Positions 26,844 through 40,477 of a DNA stretch of 64,000 nt are shown piece after piece. Source of the DNA: Podarcis bocagei (lineage: Eukaryota). Location: assembly GCA_964188305.1 (NCBI GenBank), contig OZ076888.1. One strand, 5' to 3'. The stretch's first letter is position 1; the number at the start of each line of letters is the position of its first letter. A model generated the notes under the pieces. It did not search any database, had not been told where the DNA came from, and was given only the letters and a program-made list of their open reading frames with translations. A program made the translations under genes and the position numbers.

Positions 26844-26958
26844 TGCCGCCGGAGCACGATTTCTGTTCTCATCCTGAAGCAAAGTACTTAACCCAAGGTA
26901 CTATTTCTGGGTTAGCGGAGTCTGTAACCTGAAGTGTATGTAACCCGAGGTACCACTG
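26844..26958 (-). mobile_element. Truncated family A MITE (inverted relative to 1703-1909)
   Basis: Reverse complement of the first ~115 bp of 1703-1909; ends TAACCCGAGGTACCACTG|TA. Confidence 0.85.
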
Positions 26959-29900
26959 TATGTGCATAGGTTAGTATGTGTGGCTTACTGCTTCCTTGGT
27001 GCTAAATCCTACTGCAAACTCCTACAAGTCATTAAGATTTTCATGGGGAGGCAGAAGGAAGATTAAGCACTGCTACCAAATAAAAGACTTCCAAAGTGAT
27101 TTGGCATTGTTTTAATTAGTGTAGCTGCTAAAAGTCAGTTTATTGTCTACTATCTGTGAAGACAGTGTTACTAGTGGAGGTTGTTAACGAACACAAGGAG
27201 AACAATAACTGGCTCCAGGAAATGTGACAAACAGCCTGAATCTCTGTGCTGCTTGTTTCTTTCTAGAAAGAGGAATGGGGGTCTAGTAATGTAATCGCTA
27301 TAGTACAATGTCATAATCAGCCTTAAGGGTGGTTGTTTTTCTGAACCAAAACCACATACCCGAGAGAGCTTTTCATTTAAATAAATACCCACGTATTAGT
27401 ATGAATTCAACTTCATTGAATCTTCTTGCTGATAAACGATCAAAACCCTGTTGCTGCATTTTTCAAAATCTCCTAATTGTTAAGCTATACTTGGAACTGA
27501 GTTTATTATTATCACCATTTGTTACAAAATAACGTTCTGTACTTGTACTTCTGCAGTGAAAAACAAATATTGAATCAATCAAAAAAGATTCCAGTTTCAT
27601 CCAACACTCTTAGATCAATTGAGGATGTGCAAAAGTTGATGTCAACAGGAGGATTGCAATGAACGCATTTCTTGTACATTGTGTGTTAGATATCTTTTAA
27701 AAACACTATATCAAAACATAACCTATACCAAAAGCATGTAGGGGACCCTCTATTTATTTTAATTTCTTCTTCAGAAACTCTAATACTGTCTGAGGTTTGA
27801 AAACTGGACTGCTTTTGGTTATTAATAGACTATGTGGTGCCTGGAATAAGCCAAAGTTTATTATTAGCTACAGTTTGTGGTTAGCAATGAGAGAGCTTAA
27901 CCATGAGCCTGGGTTTGAATGACACACTGTCAATTATTGGCTTAGCTCAGTGCAGCACAAGAGTAAAAAATACTAGAGGAACAAAGTAGTTATGAGCTCC
28001 TCTTTGGAGGCCCACCTGTATGCGTAGTCCTTGCAAGCTAGTACTGTAGCTGTTTTAAAATAAATTTATGTAACTAATAGTCTGTATACCACAGATTGCT
28101 AGATGCAGGGCAGAGGGGACACAAATAATATGAAAGACCTGAGGAAGACTTAAATGCAGCAATTTCTTTTTATGGGCAGAGGCAAACAGTGGTAATAAGA
28201 AGAATTTCCTGGAATGGTGATAGAATAATAGGAAAAGCTGTATTTGCTGAAGATAATGAGGACTAAACTACATGTGATGTTGTCCAAGAGTGGTTTTTTT
28301 TTTTTAAAAAAGCATTCTCAGCTAACTGTCTTGAGAAAAAGTAGCTCTGGGACCCAGATCCAGATTTGGGGTGGCAGGTGGGTGAGTGCCTTTTTATCTG
28401 TGACAAATAGCTCCCTCCCTGTCTGATATTTGCTACCAGAGATGCTGTTTGCAGTAAAAGCGTGAATTATGTGTCATGTAGTGTCTGTTCATAAAAACTG
28501 TGGCAATTTTATAATGAGATCAAGAGAATGCTGAGTATTGAAATGAAGCATATTACCTCCCTCCCCCAATAGAATCTTATTAAGGTGGTTTCATGAAGAC
28601 AATCTAATAACCTTCTTTTAAAATATTAACTAGTTGCAACATTTCTCCAAGCGTGTGAGCATTGAATGACTGACTCCATTCAAGTACGCTACTCTGTTTT
28701 TTAGATACTCTGTTTATTCAAAGCTGCTATTAGCATTGTTATTACGTACGCTTTTACCAGGTACAGTTTATCTACAGAATTGTCCTTTATGCAGTGAAAG
28801 TGAAAAAATGCCATCTTTCTTTGAAAAGATTTCAAACAAGTCCATGATGGAACTATAAAGGCAAGATTAAAATTGCAAACTGATCTCTCATCTGCACTGT
28901 GTACAGCAGTCCTCTATTCAGTAATAAAGGATTGTTTTTCTTATCTTCAAGCTGCAATATAGATTCACTGATGCATGAATTGCTGAAATAACAGGCATTT
29001 CTGGAAAGAAATGTGCTCTGATTTGTGCATTGGCTATGCCTTGTAAACACGTGTGCTATCTGTGTCTAACCTTATGCACCCTCCTGTTTGCATGGAGTAA
29101 GAGAATAGATTTTAATTTGTGCTATTCATAAGAATTTTAATCTTACACAGTAGGGTTCTAATCACAATCCTACAGCTCTCGCCATTTTAGTACTGTATAA
29201 TGGGTTTTGATGTTCATAAGCATTTCCCTGATTTTAAGAGGTGGAAAGCGACAGAGTTGTTGACCATATTTTATTTCAGAATTATAGCTTCATAATACTG
29301 TAGCTCGGCTTGGCTACTTTTCATCCAATACAGTTAAATGTGAATGATGCCTCTATGTTTAGAATTGGCCAAGTGATGGTGCCTTTGTAATATATCTGGG
29401 TTCAGCCTTCTAAGGTTTAGAGTTTAATTGGGCTGGTGGGGAGGAGAGAAGGACATACTACCTTGGCTCCAGCCCCTGTTCTCACCTCAACTTTTCTCTA
29501 TATAGTCTTCCATTTTATTCCTCCTCTTCAGAGGCTGTGCTGCCATATACAAAGACTAGTTTAAATTCAACAAACATAATGCCTCCCCTTAAAAAAAAAG
29601 CTAAGGATGGGGGGAAATTGTGGTGAGAGCACAGTGATTAAGACATGTAAACTGAGAACTCTGAAAAAGCATAATGAGATTTTTGTGAAGGTGGCAAAGC
29701 AATGGAATATTTTTTCACGAGCGTTATCTGAAACCCTCAACATATCTGGTAAATAGGTTATCAGATTAGAATTCAAAAAATTGATTTGGGCTACATTTTG
29801 GTTTTGACCATGATTTTTTTAAATTTTATTTGCAAATGACAAAAAAGTTTAGAACGGTACTTGAATTTACTTCTGCCAGATTTTCCAGAGATAAATTGAC

Positions 29901-31949
29901 AAATGCTTAGTACTTGGCTTAGTGTTTGTGAAATACTCTCAGAGAGCCTGAACTGCAGCACCTCAAAATGTTGTCACTGCTGCCCAGGTAACAAGCTAAT
30001 ATTTTATACTATGACTTCATCATGTTGGGTAATCAATATTTTCTGACAAGATAAACTGGGTGAAGCAGAGCTACTTAATATAAATTATTATTTGGACTAT
30101 CAAATAATCTCTGACAAATTCCATTACAGGAGGTTATTTAGGAAACTACACTAAATATGAAGTGAAAGGTAAAATATTCATGTGCATTAGAAACTGCAAA
30201 TCAAACAGCAAATAAAAAGCACTATAGACAATTTCTGGGTGCAATCAATATCTTGGGAGATGAGCAGGTTGATGATCACTAACTCTCCCCTCTGGTTTTA
30301 CACACATCTTGTACTGTGCCTGTATGTGTGCAGAGGCTCTGTGCAGAAGAGCCATTCAATATCTGAATATCAGTGGCATAACCAGATGGTCCAATCCTAC
30401 TCCCTCCTTCTTACATGTTAACTGCATAGGGTATGTGCATAAGGATGCATAGTCAGTTAGTTAGCCAAAAGGAGTCATCTTGCAAAAAGTGCCTTTAGAG
30501 GACAAACTTTTCTTGTGACTTCTACATTCTACCTTGACACCTGCTGCTATTTTGATAATGATCAGCCCCACCCCACTTCAGCTGATGCAATTTGCATTTG
30601 GCACATTAAAAGCAAAGATGCATTTAACATCACAACTAGTTCATTTCTCTAGGAAAACACCGGATTCATTTCCAGCACTTGAACTTAACAATATACAAAC
30701 AAGGTATTTATCCATATCAGGACTTAAGCTTGCTTTTGTATAATTAGGATTCAGATTAATAGGGCATCAGTCATTGAAACATAGAAGGCGTCTAATACTA
30801 AAATTAGATTCCTTTGATGACTGGTTTATTATTCTGGTCCTAACTGCGGTATTGGTGACTGTGGGAGTTTTAATCCATTTACTTTAATGAAAAGAATACA
30901 GTAGCTTGTAAGGCAATGCTCTTTTGCTGACTTGCAGTCTGAACAATATGTTTATCCTGAAAGTCTGCAAGTTGCCATCATTTGTATAATGTCTGACAAG
31001 CTATATGGAAAGCTAGAGTCCTGCAGGTTTTTCATAGTGATTAGAAGCATTACTTAAGGAAGTATTTAATTTTATGAGCAGCCGGGGCCTTCATCTTGAA
31101 CTAGTGTTAAAGCACACAGGCACTTCCTTTCACAATTTTAATTAAAATTAATTCAGCATATAAATACATTAAAAACTTGTTTACATTTCCATTTAATTTT
31201 AGTTGGGGCCAAGCATCCAAAATCCTTCCAAATTAATAAACCTGCATAATTGTTATACTGCATTTCCCTTAATTATCATTGTGGAAGTCACAAGGTCTTG
31301 TTGGAATTCAGTATTAAATTAACTGTAAACAGGTGTCTATTAAAACATATGCAACCATACCTTTCACTCTGCCTTCCGGCAGATTAACTGTCCAACATTT
31401 GAAATATAAATCCTTAAGAAACAACTTTACAGGGCAATCCTATATTTACGGTACCTTACGGTCAGCTGAGATGCCTCAGAATGCAGAATAAGTGCCACTA
31501 CACTGGCAGAGATGGAGATAACACCATCCAGATGCTGCTTACACAGCCAAACTCTCCGGACACGCTGGCAGAAAACGCCACTGACATAGTTTTTCTGTTA
31601 GTGAGAGTCTGCCAGTTAAATGGAGAAAAGTGAGACCAGTCATGGGCAGGCATGGATGCACTGCAACTAAAGCTCTCTTATTTTCCTGACATGCCCCAGG
31701 AACCCTAGCATAGTTGATTTGCAGTTACTGCGAATGGAAGAGAAAAATCTGTTCCCTACCTAGAGATTGGGGTGTGGGAATGGAAATTTGATTCACTTCA
31801 AATTTACTGTAAAGGCAAATGTACCAAAGCCACACTTTTCAAGACAATATGCAAACCGAAACAAAGTTTCATCCCTTTCCAAATTTTGCAGTGCAATTTT
31901 CCAGTCAAGTAATATGTTAAAAAATGTATCTTCCACATTTGTGGAGTTA

Positions 31950-32235
31950 CTCCTTTAGTGTGGCAGCACCTGTGCTCTAGAACTCCCTGCCTATTGACGT
32001 TACTCTGGCACGCTCATATTGTCAGCAAGCTTATCCAGGCAAACGTTTCAGTGACTTATATTTATTTTATTTATTTTAGCCTTGTTTTTAACGATGGTGA
32101 TCTTATGTAAATTTATTTTTAATTGGATTATGGATTTTAGCCATGTTTATCCGTCAGTTTATCTGCACGCTACTTGGAGATTTATTTATTTATTTTTAAC
32201 AATAGCTTTTATTATTTTTCTAAATAAATAAATTT
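31950..32235 (+). mobile_element. Decayed L2 LINE 3' end
   Basis: FSVAAPVL*NSLPIDV motif followed by a T-rich 3' UTR and a (TAAA)n tail. Confidence 0.65.
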
Positions 32236-33857
32236 TGAATTACATTCAGTAGAATAAATGCTTAATGAAGAGGGAACAATATAGATCTCTCCACTATCTC
32301 TTTGGGCCTATAGGAGTCCTTTGGGTTACAAAATTCCACTCTTCAAGCTAGAGTCCACGTTCAAAAATCAAATATTTTCAGCAAGTAAATCAGAGAGCAG
32401 GTAAAATTGTTGGCCCCAATCCAGTTATAGTTCTTACTTAAGTCCTGTTGATAACATAACCAATGAGCTTCAATGGTTTCACAGCTAACTCATTCCTTTG
32501 GACCTAAAGAGGAACTTATGTTTAGCTGGATTGAGGCCATTTTCATTTTAAATATCCTGCATTCATTTGATTACATGACGCTTATTTTGTGACCTTCTAG
32601 CACTCCAGCCAGCACTGCTACTAAAAATAAAATCATACATATTTGTGAAAAATGAACAGTAAGGAAAGAACGTTGCCTTTACAACTGGCTCCATTCCCAT
32701 TGGCTGTGCAAATTCTGCACCCTGAGATCATTAACAGAAGTTGTAGAGCATAAGGTTACCACTGCTATTGGGCCATTGCTGCTGTATTCAGTGTTACCAC
32801 TGTCAAACCCAACACTACTTTCTAATGAAGAGTATGTGCCTGTACTGTTAGGTAACATAGGCTAATGGCAGCTAAGCTAATAAACACACAGTACACTATG
32901 CTCAATATCTTTCCTGTTAAATGTACTCTAATTTGGCTACAGTGGCTCAGATTTGTCACTGGTCAATGACCCTTTATGTCTGACCTTATTACTAATACTG
33001 TTGTAATTAAAGCCATTATTCTGTCCCAGGTTTACAAAGGGAAACTTGTTTCTCCAGGCTCACTATTTTCCGACCAGAGTTGTTGCTCGTTCATGCTATT
33101 TGTTAGACCATAGGGAGTGCTATTAAAAATGTGTCTGCTTTCTCAAGTGTCCCCAATTCCAGATGCCTAGAGGCTGCGTCTCTCACTGCTTCATGCATTC
33201 CCAGGAAAGGAAACAATCAAATTTCCAACCATCTCTGCTTCCACAGTGAAGAGCAGAAGCAGAAGGGTTGTGCCAAGGAGGGAGGCAAGCCCTGGTCCAG
33301 CCAGAGAGAGCCTGTCTGGGCAAAACTCTCTCCAAAGGGCTCCAGTTGCATTCTTGTTTTTGCTGCCACCACTTTAGACTACACTATGTCAGGACGTTTG
33401 CAGTGAGGGCCCTGTGCAAACTCTGCCCCGCCAGGCAGGGTTTCACCAGAGGCACCCAGTCTCATACACCCCTATAACTGTCTGTCCTGGAGAACATGGT
33501 GGGATGTCTATCCTGGAGACTGCAGTGGGAATGGTGGAGACTTCCTGGCTTGAGGCTGGTCAGCTGCAGACTAGACAGGGTTATTCATATTTACTCTGTA
33601 TGAGGGAGGGTCACTGAAGTGACCCAACCTCCCTGCAGAGGTTCAGAACCAGGGGAAAGATTCTGAACTCTCTCTTGTGCTAGCTAGCGTCTAGTGTTCA
33701 TCCCACAGCATGTTGCATATGCATGTGAGCCCTAGCCATGGCCTATAGGCTGAAATGAAGCAGGAAGACCAGGCACAGGACCTCCCAGCTGCATGAGGCC
33801 CTACTTCTGTGAGTACTGTGGTATAAACCTGCTAAGTGTCCCAAAGCCTTTCTATGC

Positions 33858-34017
33858 AGTATGCTTCTGAATGTTGGTTGCTGGAAACTGCAGGAGGGGA
33901 GAGTGCTAGTGCAGTCAGGTTCTGCTTCCATGCTTCTCATAGACATCTGGTTGGCCATTGCAAGCACAGAATTCAAAACTAGATGGGTCTGATCCAGAAG
34001 GCTCCTATATTCTTATG
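33858..34017 (+). mobile_element. CR1 LINE 3' UTR fragment
   Basis: Similar to 60295-60370; ends ctagatggg.tctgatccag...ttcttatg. Confidence 0.6.
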
Positions 34018-34025
34018 GATACTTA

Positions 34026-34393
34026 CCGCATTGGCCCGAATATAAGCTGCACCCGGGTATAAGCCACACCTTTAAAATTGGAGGGGGGGAGAAAAAAACA
34101 ACAACCCCCAAATATAAGCCACTCCCTTCCTCACTGCTCCTAGCTGCATACGGGGGGGGGGGGGAGAGCCATGCTGCATTGCCAACAACCTTTCCCCTTC
34201 CTCGCTCTCTCCCTTCCTGGCCTTGGGGGAGAGGACGGGGACTGCGCGTGGGGTGGGCGCCACTTTGGCATGCTCCTGGCACTGTTTGCCCTGCGCTCCT
34301 GGCTGCATACCGTAAGATCGCGAATATAAGCCACACTTTAACTTTTCACGGTCAAATTTGGGGGAAAAGTGTGGCATATTCGGGCCAATATGG
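34026..34393. mobile_element. pogo/Tigger-type MITE with a GC-rich core
   Basis: TA|CCGCATTGGCCCGAATAT ... ATATTCGGGCCAATATGG|TA, with several internal tataagc(c/t)..ac repeats. Confidence 0.88.
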
Positions 34394-34422
34394 TACATTT
34401 ATTCTGTAGGACTTTATTATGA

Positions 34423-34580
34423 GGCTGGATCTACACAGATATTTAAAAAACACTATGAAAATGCTATAAAAATTCAATAAAATATATTTGCGATCTGCCA
34501 TCGAGCTCTACAGCACTATCTGGTGTCACATTTTTATAATGCACTTATAGCATTATAATTGCAGCTGTGTAGCTGAGTCC
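34423..34580. mobile_element. Degenerate foldback MITE
   Basis: ggctggatctacacag ... ctgtgtagctgagtcc termini and an inner IR aatgctata/tatagcatt. Confidence 0.5.
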
Positions 34581-34942
34581 TAAGTGTCTAAATTTGGGGT
34601 GTCCCTGATTTTTGCTGCCAACCTCACTCTGGTGGTTCAGTTTTCACTGTTTTTGTACACAACAGTGGGACCTAGAATGTTATTTAAAATAAGACACCAC
34701 CATGTGCCAAGTATATGGGGGAAGATCATATGCCAACCTTTGTCTGTTAACTTCTCTATGTTTGACTTTCCCCATGACTATTACAGTTGTTCAAGTGGAA
34801 AGGTACTTCAGAATCCATGGTCTAGAATGTCGATAAGGGTGATCTTAGAGGCAAGTCTAAACCCTGGCTCCTTGCCTCCCATTTTAGAAATTAAGCACTG
34901 GCCCCAAGCCTGGACTACCATTATGCTCCTGCCAATTAGCAA

Positions 34943-35010
<68 letters not shown>
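34943..35010. repeat. Compound (AC)n(AG)n microsatellite
   Basis: Direct reading. Confidence 0.95.
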
Positions 35011-35011
<1 letters not shown>

Positions 35012-35986
35012 AAGCCTCATTCCAGAAAGATGCAGATTGCAACACTCTGATTAAATTCTCCTGGAATTGTCCCATTTACCCAAAGTGCACTGTGGCCCTG
35101 CAGGGGAGGAAAAGTCCATGGATAATTCAGCTGCAGCTCTAAGAGAGCCTGTTGTAAGCTTGCATTTTAATGAACCAGATCAGCTGAAGAAATGTTGTCT
35201 ATGCACTGCAGCGTAGCTGTCTGCTTGTAAACTAGCCTGTCGATAAACAGAGATCTTCTCTGTCCAGAGCTTCCATCTCCCCCCTCCTCTTTTCAAATAC
35301 GTTTAGAAAAATACATGTGAAAGGAAGACGCCTCTTAATAATTAAACTACTGTGAAATTAGCCCTGGGCAAGTGTGCTTTCTTCTTCTAGGGTAAAGACA
35401 TGTCACGGCTATGACTCACGTGTCATGACCGTGGTAAATCATTAATGTAAAAAATTTAAATTAAATTTAGTTGAAATGCGAAGCTATGGCAACACCCTAG
35501 CTGTTGGGAGTATGACCAAATACAAGTTGTTTAAGAAATCAAATGCTCCCTTCTCAACTAATCAGCCCTTTGCTGTATGAGGTCCCCAGTTCAGCAGTAG
35601 TGCAGACATTGAGCTCTACATTTGGCCATTTCTTTGAAACACTACAGTATTTGAATATGTTGCATAGAATTTGTTCTGGTGGCACAGGCTGCCTGCTGCC
35701 AGTGTGCATTTTGGCAATATTGTTTAATATTAGCCTTCAGTGGGCTGCTTGATTGACTAACCCATATATCTTTTGTTCCCCAGACAAAGCGGTTCTAGCT
35801 AAGAATCATAAGGAAAAGGTTTCAACTAAAAAAAAAGCCCATTCTCTTTTTAATGAATGTAACCTTTTAGCACAGACACGTTCATTTTTGAATCCATATG
35901 AATAGCAGTGGTTAATAGAACAAAGGGACTTGCACCCATGAGCTCTATAATGCATGTATCATCATATTATTGCACTTTGAATATTT

Positions 35987-36141
35987 NNNNNNNNNNNNNN
36001 NNNNNNNNNNNNNNNNNNNNNNNNNNNNNNNNNNNNNNNNNNNNNNNNNNNNNNNNNNNNNNNNNNNNNNNNNNNNNNNNNNNNNNNNNNNNNNNNNNNN
36101 NNNNNNNNNNNNNNNNNNNNNNNNNNNNNNNNNNNNNNNNN
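35987..36141. other. Assembly gap (155 N)
   Basis: Run of N. Confidence 0.99.
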
Positions 36142-36464
36142 AAAGGAGAGAATATCTACATTCCATCTCTGTACATAGCACCAGATGTAATGAAACTGCA
36201 AATAGCAGACATTACTATTATATAAAATTATAGGCATGGAGGGAGATGGAATTGGATCTCTGTTCCCTTTCCCTATTAAAGCACAGGCATACAGTTCTTG
36301 ATCTAAAGAAAGTATTTCAAGGACATGTCCTCCATGTATACAAGACATGCACTGCATGGCTTATTATTCCTGAACTCAGTTCTTCCTCCCTCCTCCTTTT
36401 AACTTAACAAAACAACTAAGGAGAATCTTTCCAGGGAGGAAACTGTTTGCTCTTCTCCTTACAG

Positions 36465-36597
36465 CAGGGGTGACTAGCCTATGACCCTCCAGATGTTGTT
36501 GGATCACAAATCTCCTCATCCCTGACCACTGGCCATGCCAGCTTGGCCTGACAGGAGGACCAACAACATCTGGAGGGTCCCAGGGTCTTTAGCCCTG
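36465..36597. mobile_element. Degenerate hAT-type palindromic MITE related to 9037-9172
   Basis: IR gaccctccagatgttgttgg / ccaacaacatctggagggtc and the shared core catccctgaccactgg. Another decayed copy is near 38936-39050. Confidence 0.72.
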
Positions 36598-36836
36598 CTT
36601 TAAAGACCCTCCTAGCAGCACTGGATTTAGGACAGTGTGAGTGGTTTCCCTGCATAGCGTACTGAGCCAAGGGGCTGCAAAATTTAAGATATCCATTTGG
36701 GGGATGCTATATTACCAAAGTCTGCCCCTGCCCTCCACTCTAAAATATGTGTCTGTAGTTTCTCAGGTTGATGACCACTGCACTAGGTATCAGTCCCAAC
36801 AATTTATTTGAGAGCTGAGTGAAAGATTATAGCTTA

Positions 36837-37023
36837 GGGAAAGAGCTACAGCTCAATGGTAGAGAACTTGCTTTGCATGCAGATGTTTCCAGATTCAATT
36901 TCCAGCATCTCTTGATAGGGCTGGTGACCCCTATCTGAAATCCTGTAGAGCCACTGCCAGTCTGTGTAGACAATGCTCCCCTAGATAGACCAATATTCCT
37001 TGGTATAAGGCAGCTTCCTGTGT
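36837..37023 (+). mobile_element. Squam3-like tRNA-derived SINE
   Basis: agctcaatggtagag...gcatgcaga...agattcaatt head, ctgccagtctgtgtagacaat body, tataaggcagcttcct tail. Confidence 0.8.
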
Positions 37024-37285
37024 ATAAATGATGCAGAGAGCAAAAGCAAGTACTTTTGGGTCCTTTCACTTCCTTCCTCAGTTCACATGACTGAGGCCTT
37101 GTGTGGAAGATTGTGGAAGAATGAGGTGGTAGAATTGAGGAGCAGAAGAGTGCACTGCGCCACTTCTGGTTGTGTGAATACATTTTTTCAATCCTTCCCA
37201 CAATAAATATATCCCTGAAGGTAAAATGCTAACACATCTGGGAAGAAGAGCACAGCCCAAACTGCAGGGAATTTGGGAGCAACTT

Positions 37286-37868
37286 GGGGCAAAAAGGCTG
37301 TAGCTCATTGGTGGAGCACATAGAATCATAGCATCATGAAATCGTTGGAAGGGACCCAGGGGTCGTCTAGTCTAACCCCCTGCAATGCAGAAATCACAGC
37401 TAAAGCATCCATGACAGGTTGCCATCCAACCTCTGCTTAAAAACCTCAGGAGAGTCCACAACCTCACGAGGGAGGCCTTTCCACTGTCAAACAGCTCTTA
37501 CTGTTGGACAGTTTTTCCTGATGGAATCTCCTTTCTTGTAATGTGAAGCCATTGGCTGAGTCCTACCTTCTAGAGCAGGAGAAAACAAGCTTGTTCCCTC
37601 TTCCATGTGGCAGGCCTTGAGCTATTTGAAGATGGCTATCATATGACATACTGCATTCAAAACCAACCCCTAGCACCTCCAGAAAACTGGGAATGACTGG
37701 GAAACATATTCTGAATAGGATTCCTCACAAGAAAAGGGAAAAGTGGACAGCTATGCTGGGAAGTACTCTTGCTTGAAATCCCGGAGAGCTGCTGCCAGTC
37801 AGTGTCAAGAATACTGAGCAAGATGGACTGACAGGCTTTCTCAGTATATGGCAGCTTCCTGTATTTCT
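37286..37868 (+). mobile_element. Squam3-like SINE split by a CR1 insertion
   Basis: Head gctgtagctcattggtggagca at 37297-37318; the body resumes after 37645 and ends ggcagcttcctgtatttct. Confidence 0.7.
37319..37644 (-). mobile_element. CR1 LINE 3' end
   Basis: Reverse complement of the 3' part of 50381-51125, including the (ATTCTATG)-like tail catagaatcatag. Confidence 0.9.
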
Positions 37869-38091
37869 AAAGGTGAACTGATTTATTTCCCTTCCCATTG
37901 AGAGGGGTCAGTTGCTGGCAACCACAAATAATGGCTGGCTGTTAAGCCAAGACCAAATTTGTGGATTCCTGGACACATAGAATGGAAGCATGTCTCAAAC
38001 TTATTTCTCTAATTCCTCAGTAATGCACAGCATTTGCTTGAGGATTGCCGCCAAATGCATTTGAGCTGTTACAGGAAAGGCTCCCCTCGGT

Positions 38092-38280
38092 GGAAGTGGT
38101 CATAGCTCAGTGACAGAACACATGCATTGAAGCCGAAAGGTCCCTGGCTTCAGTCCCTGGCAATGCCAATCACGGTTGGGAAAGACTCCTGCCCTTGAAA
38201 GCTACTGTCACTCTGTGTGCACAATGAGAGCTAGATGGACCATGGTCTGATTTGGTATCATGCAGCTTTCTATGTTCCTA
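38092..38280 (+). mobile_element. Squam3-like SINE
   Basis: catagctcagtgacagaaca head; gagctagatggacc...gcagctttctatgttccta tail. Confidence 0.78.
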
Positions 38281-40302
38281 ACAGAATAGGAATAAAAATC
38301 CTAGACCCAATGCCAAAGCAGCAGCTAAGAGTGCCAGAACTGTCATGGTAACTTATTTACTTGCACTGGGGCTGGATTCCAACCCCACTGTCAGTGAGTG
38401 GTAAAACTGCAGCCACCCCACTTCTAGAACAAGTCACCTTGTCATCCTGCAGAATCCTAGTCAGATTATAAAATAAATCAGCAAAAGCTTCCCCTCACAG
38501 TTGGTGAATTCATTCCTCCCTACGCTAATGTGGCATATGGATACTTAAAACCCCTCAGCCAGAACATTATAACAAGCAAACAAGTTTAGAAAGGAAATCT
38601 GACATTTCCCCATGGCATGTGCTACCTATGAGCACCTACTTAGCATCTTATAACTGTGAGCCATTTATTGGTGGCTTAGTGTGACATCCCATTGTAGCCT
38701 TTCTTTCTGCTGATTGCCTGAGGAGGGAGCTGAGTGTATTTTACAGATTAACTGCTGTGACTGAATTCTGTCTCAAACAAATGTTTAAATAATGTTGGCT
38801 GGATGGCATGCTTTAGTGAGCTCCATGCACTGGATATCACCAAATTTAATCAACATCACAGGCAGAGATAATCCTGTACTGTAAAACTCAAGGATAAAAG
38901 TTATGAATTGAGGAAGGGGAGGGGGACACCTTTTAGGCAGCTGTCACCAACCTAGTGCCCCCCAGATGTTTTGGACTATGATGCCAATCAGCTCCAGCTG
39001 CCTGTGAGTTGTAGTCCAAAACAGTTGGAGGGCATCATTTGCAAAGGCAGTCTTAGAGAATAACTAGAAGTCACAGTGAACATGGGGGAGTAGCTGAGTT
39101 TCCCCTTCCTCTCACTACAGCTATGGAAATTAGCTACAAAAATTAACTATGTACTGTAAAAGTAATATACATGCAAGTCCCACTTTATGAACACTTCCTC
39201 TGAAAATTCACTTATCCAAACCTTGTTATACGCACCACAGATTTCATGGTCAGGAACACATTCAATATTTCCCCATAGGAATCAGTGGACATTGTTGAAT
39301 TGTTTTGCAAACAAAAATTGTTGAGTCATTATGCAAACTCTTGCCTAAAGAAAGATTCCAGGGAATGCATTTTTTTTTCCATAAAGCGGGACCTGCATGT
39401 ACTGTCATGTTCCTACCTCACACCCTTGTAGCAGCCAATAATGGGTGAAGCAGGAATCATGCAATAGGATGCCATCAAACATTAATTGTTCTCATTATTA
39501 CATGTGATGATACAGAGAGGGACAGGGAAAATAGACATAGGGGCAACCCTGTTTTCTCCATCACATCATTGTTTAAAGTATTTTGGAAAGCTCGAATTTC
39601 ACCATCCTGAATACCTGGGGAAATAATAAGGTGACTGGCTTTGACTTATGGAATAAGTGAAAATAATGAATGCTTGTAATGTTTTCTAACCACAACATAT
39701 GCATTTAGGACCGTTTTATTTACCACCTCATTAATGAGTTTGAGCAACTAAGAATTTAGAGTGCTGAATAAGGATTTACATTTAATTGAAGTCCGCTTTT
39801 CTTTTCCTGACAAAATGTATTTTTGCACCCTGGTTGGATGTAATTAGTTCAACAAGGCTTTAAAAGAAATTGGCTTTGTTAAAATGTTGTATTTGCCACG
39901 TCAGTTTCTATGTGGAAATCAAAGCATAGAAATCACTAGCTTTATGGAGCTAGGGATGTAAACCACAGAGGTTTATTTTATTTTACTGTCCTTCTTGCTG
40001 TCACTATTTCGAAATTCAGAATAATAGTGAACCCCAAGGGGCAAATGTTTAATTTCAGATAAGATATTAAACATACTTAACAATTATTTATTTTACTGTT
40101 ACAAAAATGGCAGCTACAATAGTGGCTATAACAAATACGCCACTCGTTTTCATCTTCCCAGGTACCGTTACATTTGCTAATGGTAATCACATGAAAATAT
40201 TAAGCTTTTTTATACTGGTTCAGAACACTTATCCATCTAGACCAGAGTTGTCTTTGTCAACTATTAATGCCAAGCAGAGGTATTCCCAAGGCCAGCTACC
40301 TG

Positions 40303-40477
40303 AACATAAAACATAGGAAGCTGCTGTATACCAAATCAGACCATCGCTTCATCTAGCTCACAATGACTGGCAGTGGCTCGCAAGGGTTTCCAATGGGATA
40401 GTTCCAGCCATACCTGGAGATGCCAGGCCTTGAACCTGGGACCCTCTGCATGCACACCACCGAGCTACAGCCCTTCC
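40303..40477 (-). mobile_element. Squam3-like SINE (minus strand)
   Basis: Reverse complement reads ggaagggctgtagctcggtgg..gcatgcagagggtcccaggttcaa...gcagcttcctatgtt. Confidence 0.82.

Noticed and set aside
34584-35075. ORFs with (RE)n or (LS)n runs, also at 44199-44387 and 59155-59527
   Set aside because: Translations of dinucleotide microsatellites.
35908-36357. ORFs containing X runs
   Set aside because: Artefacts of the assembly gap.
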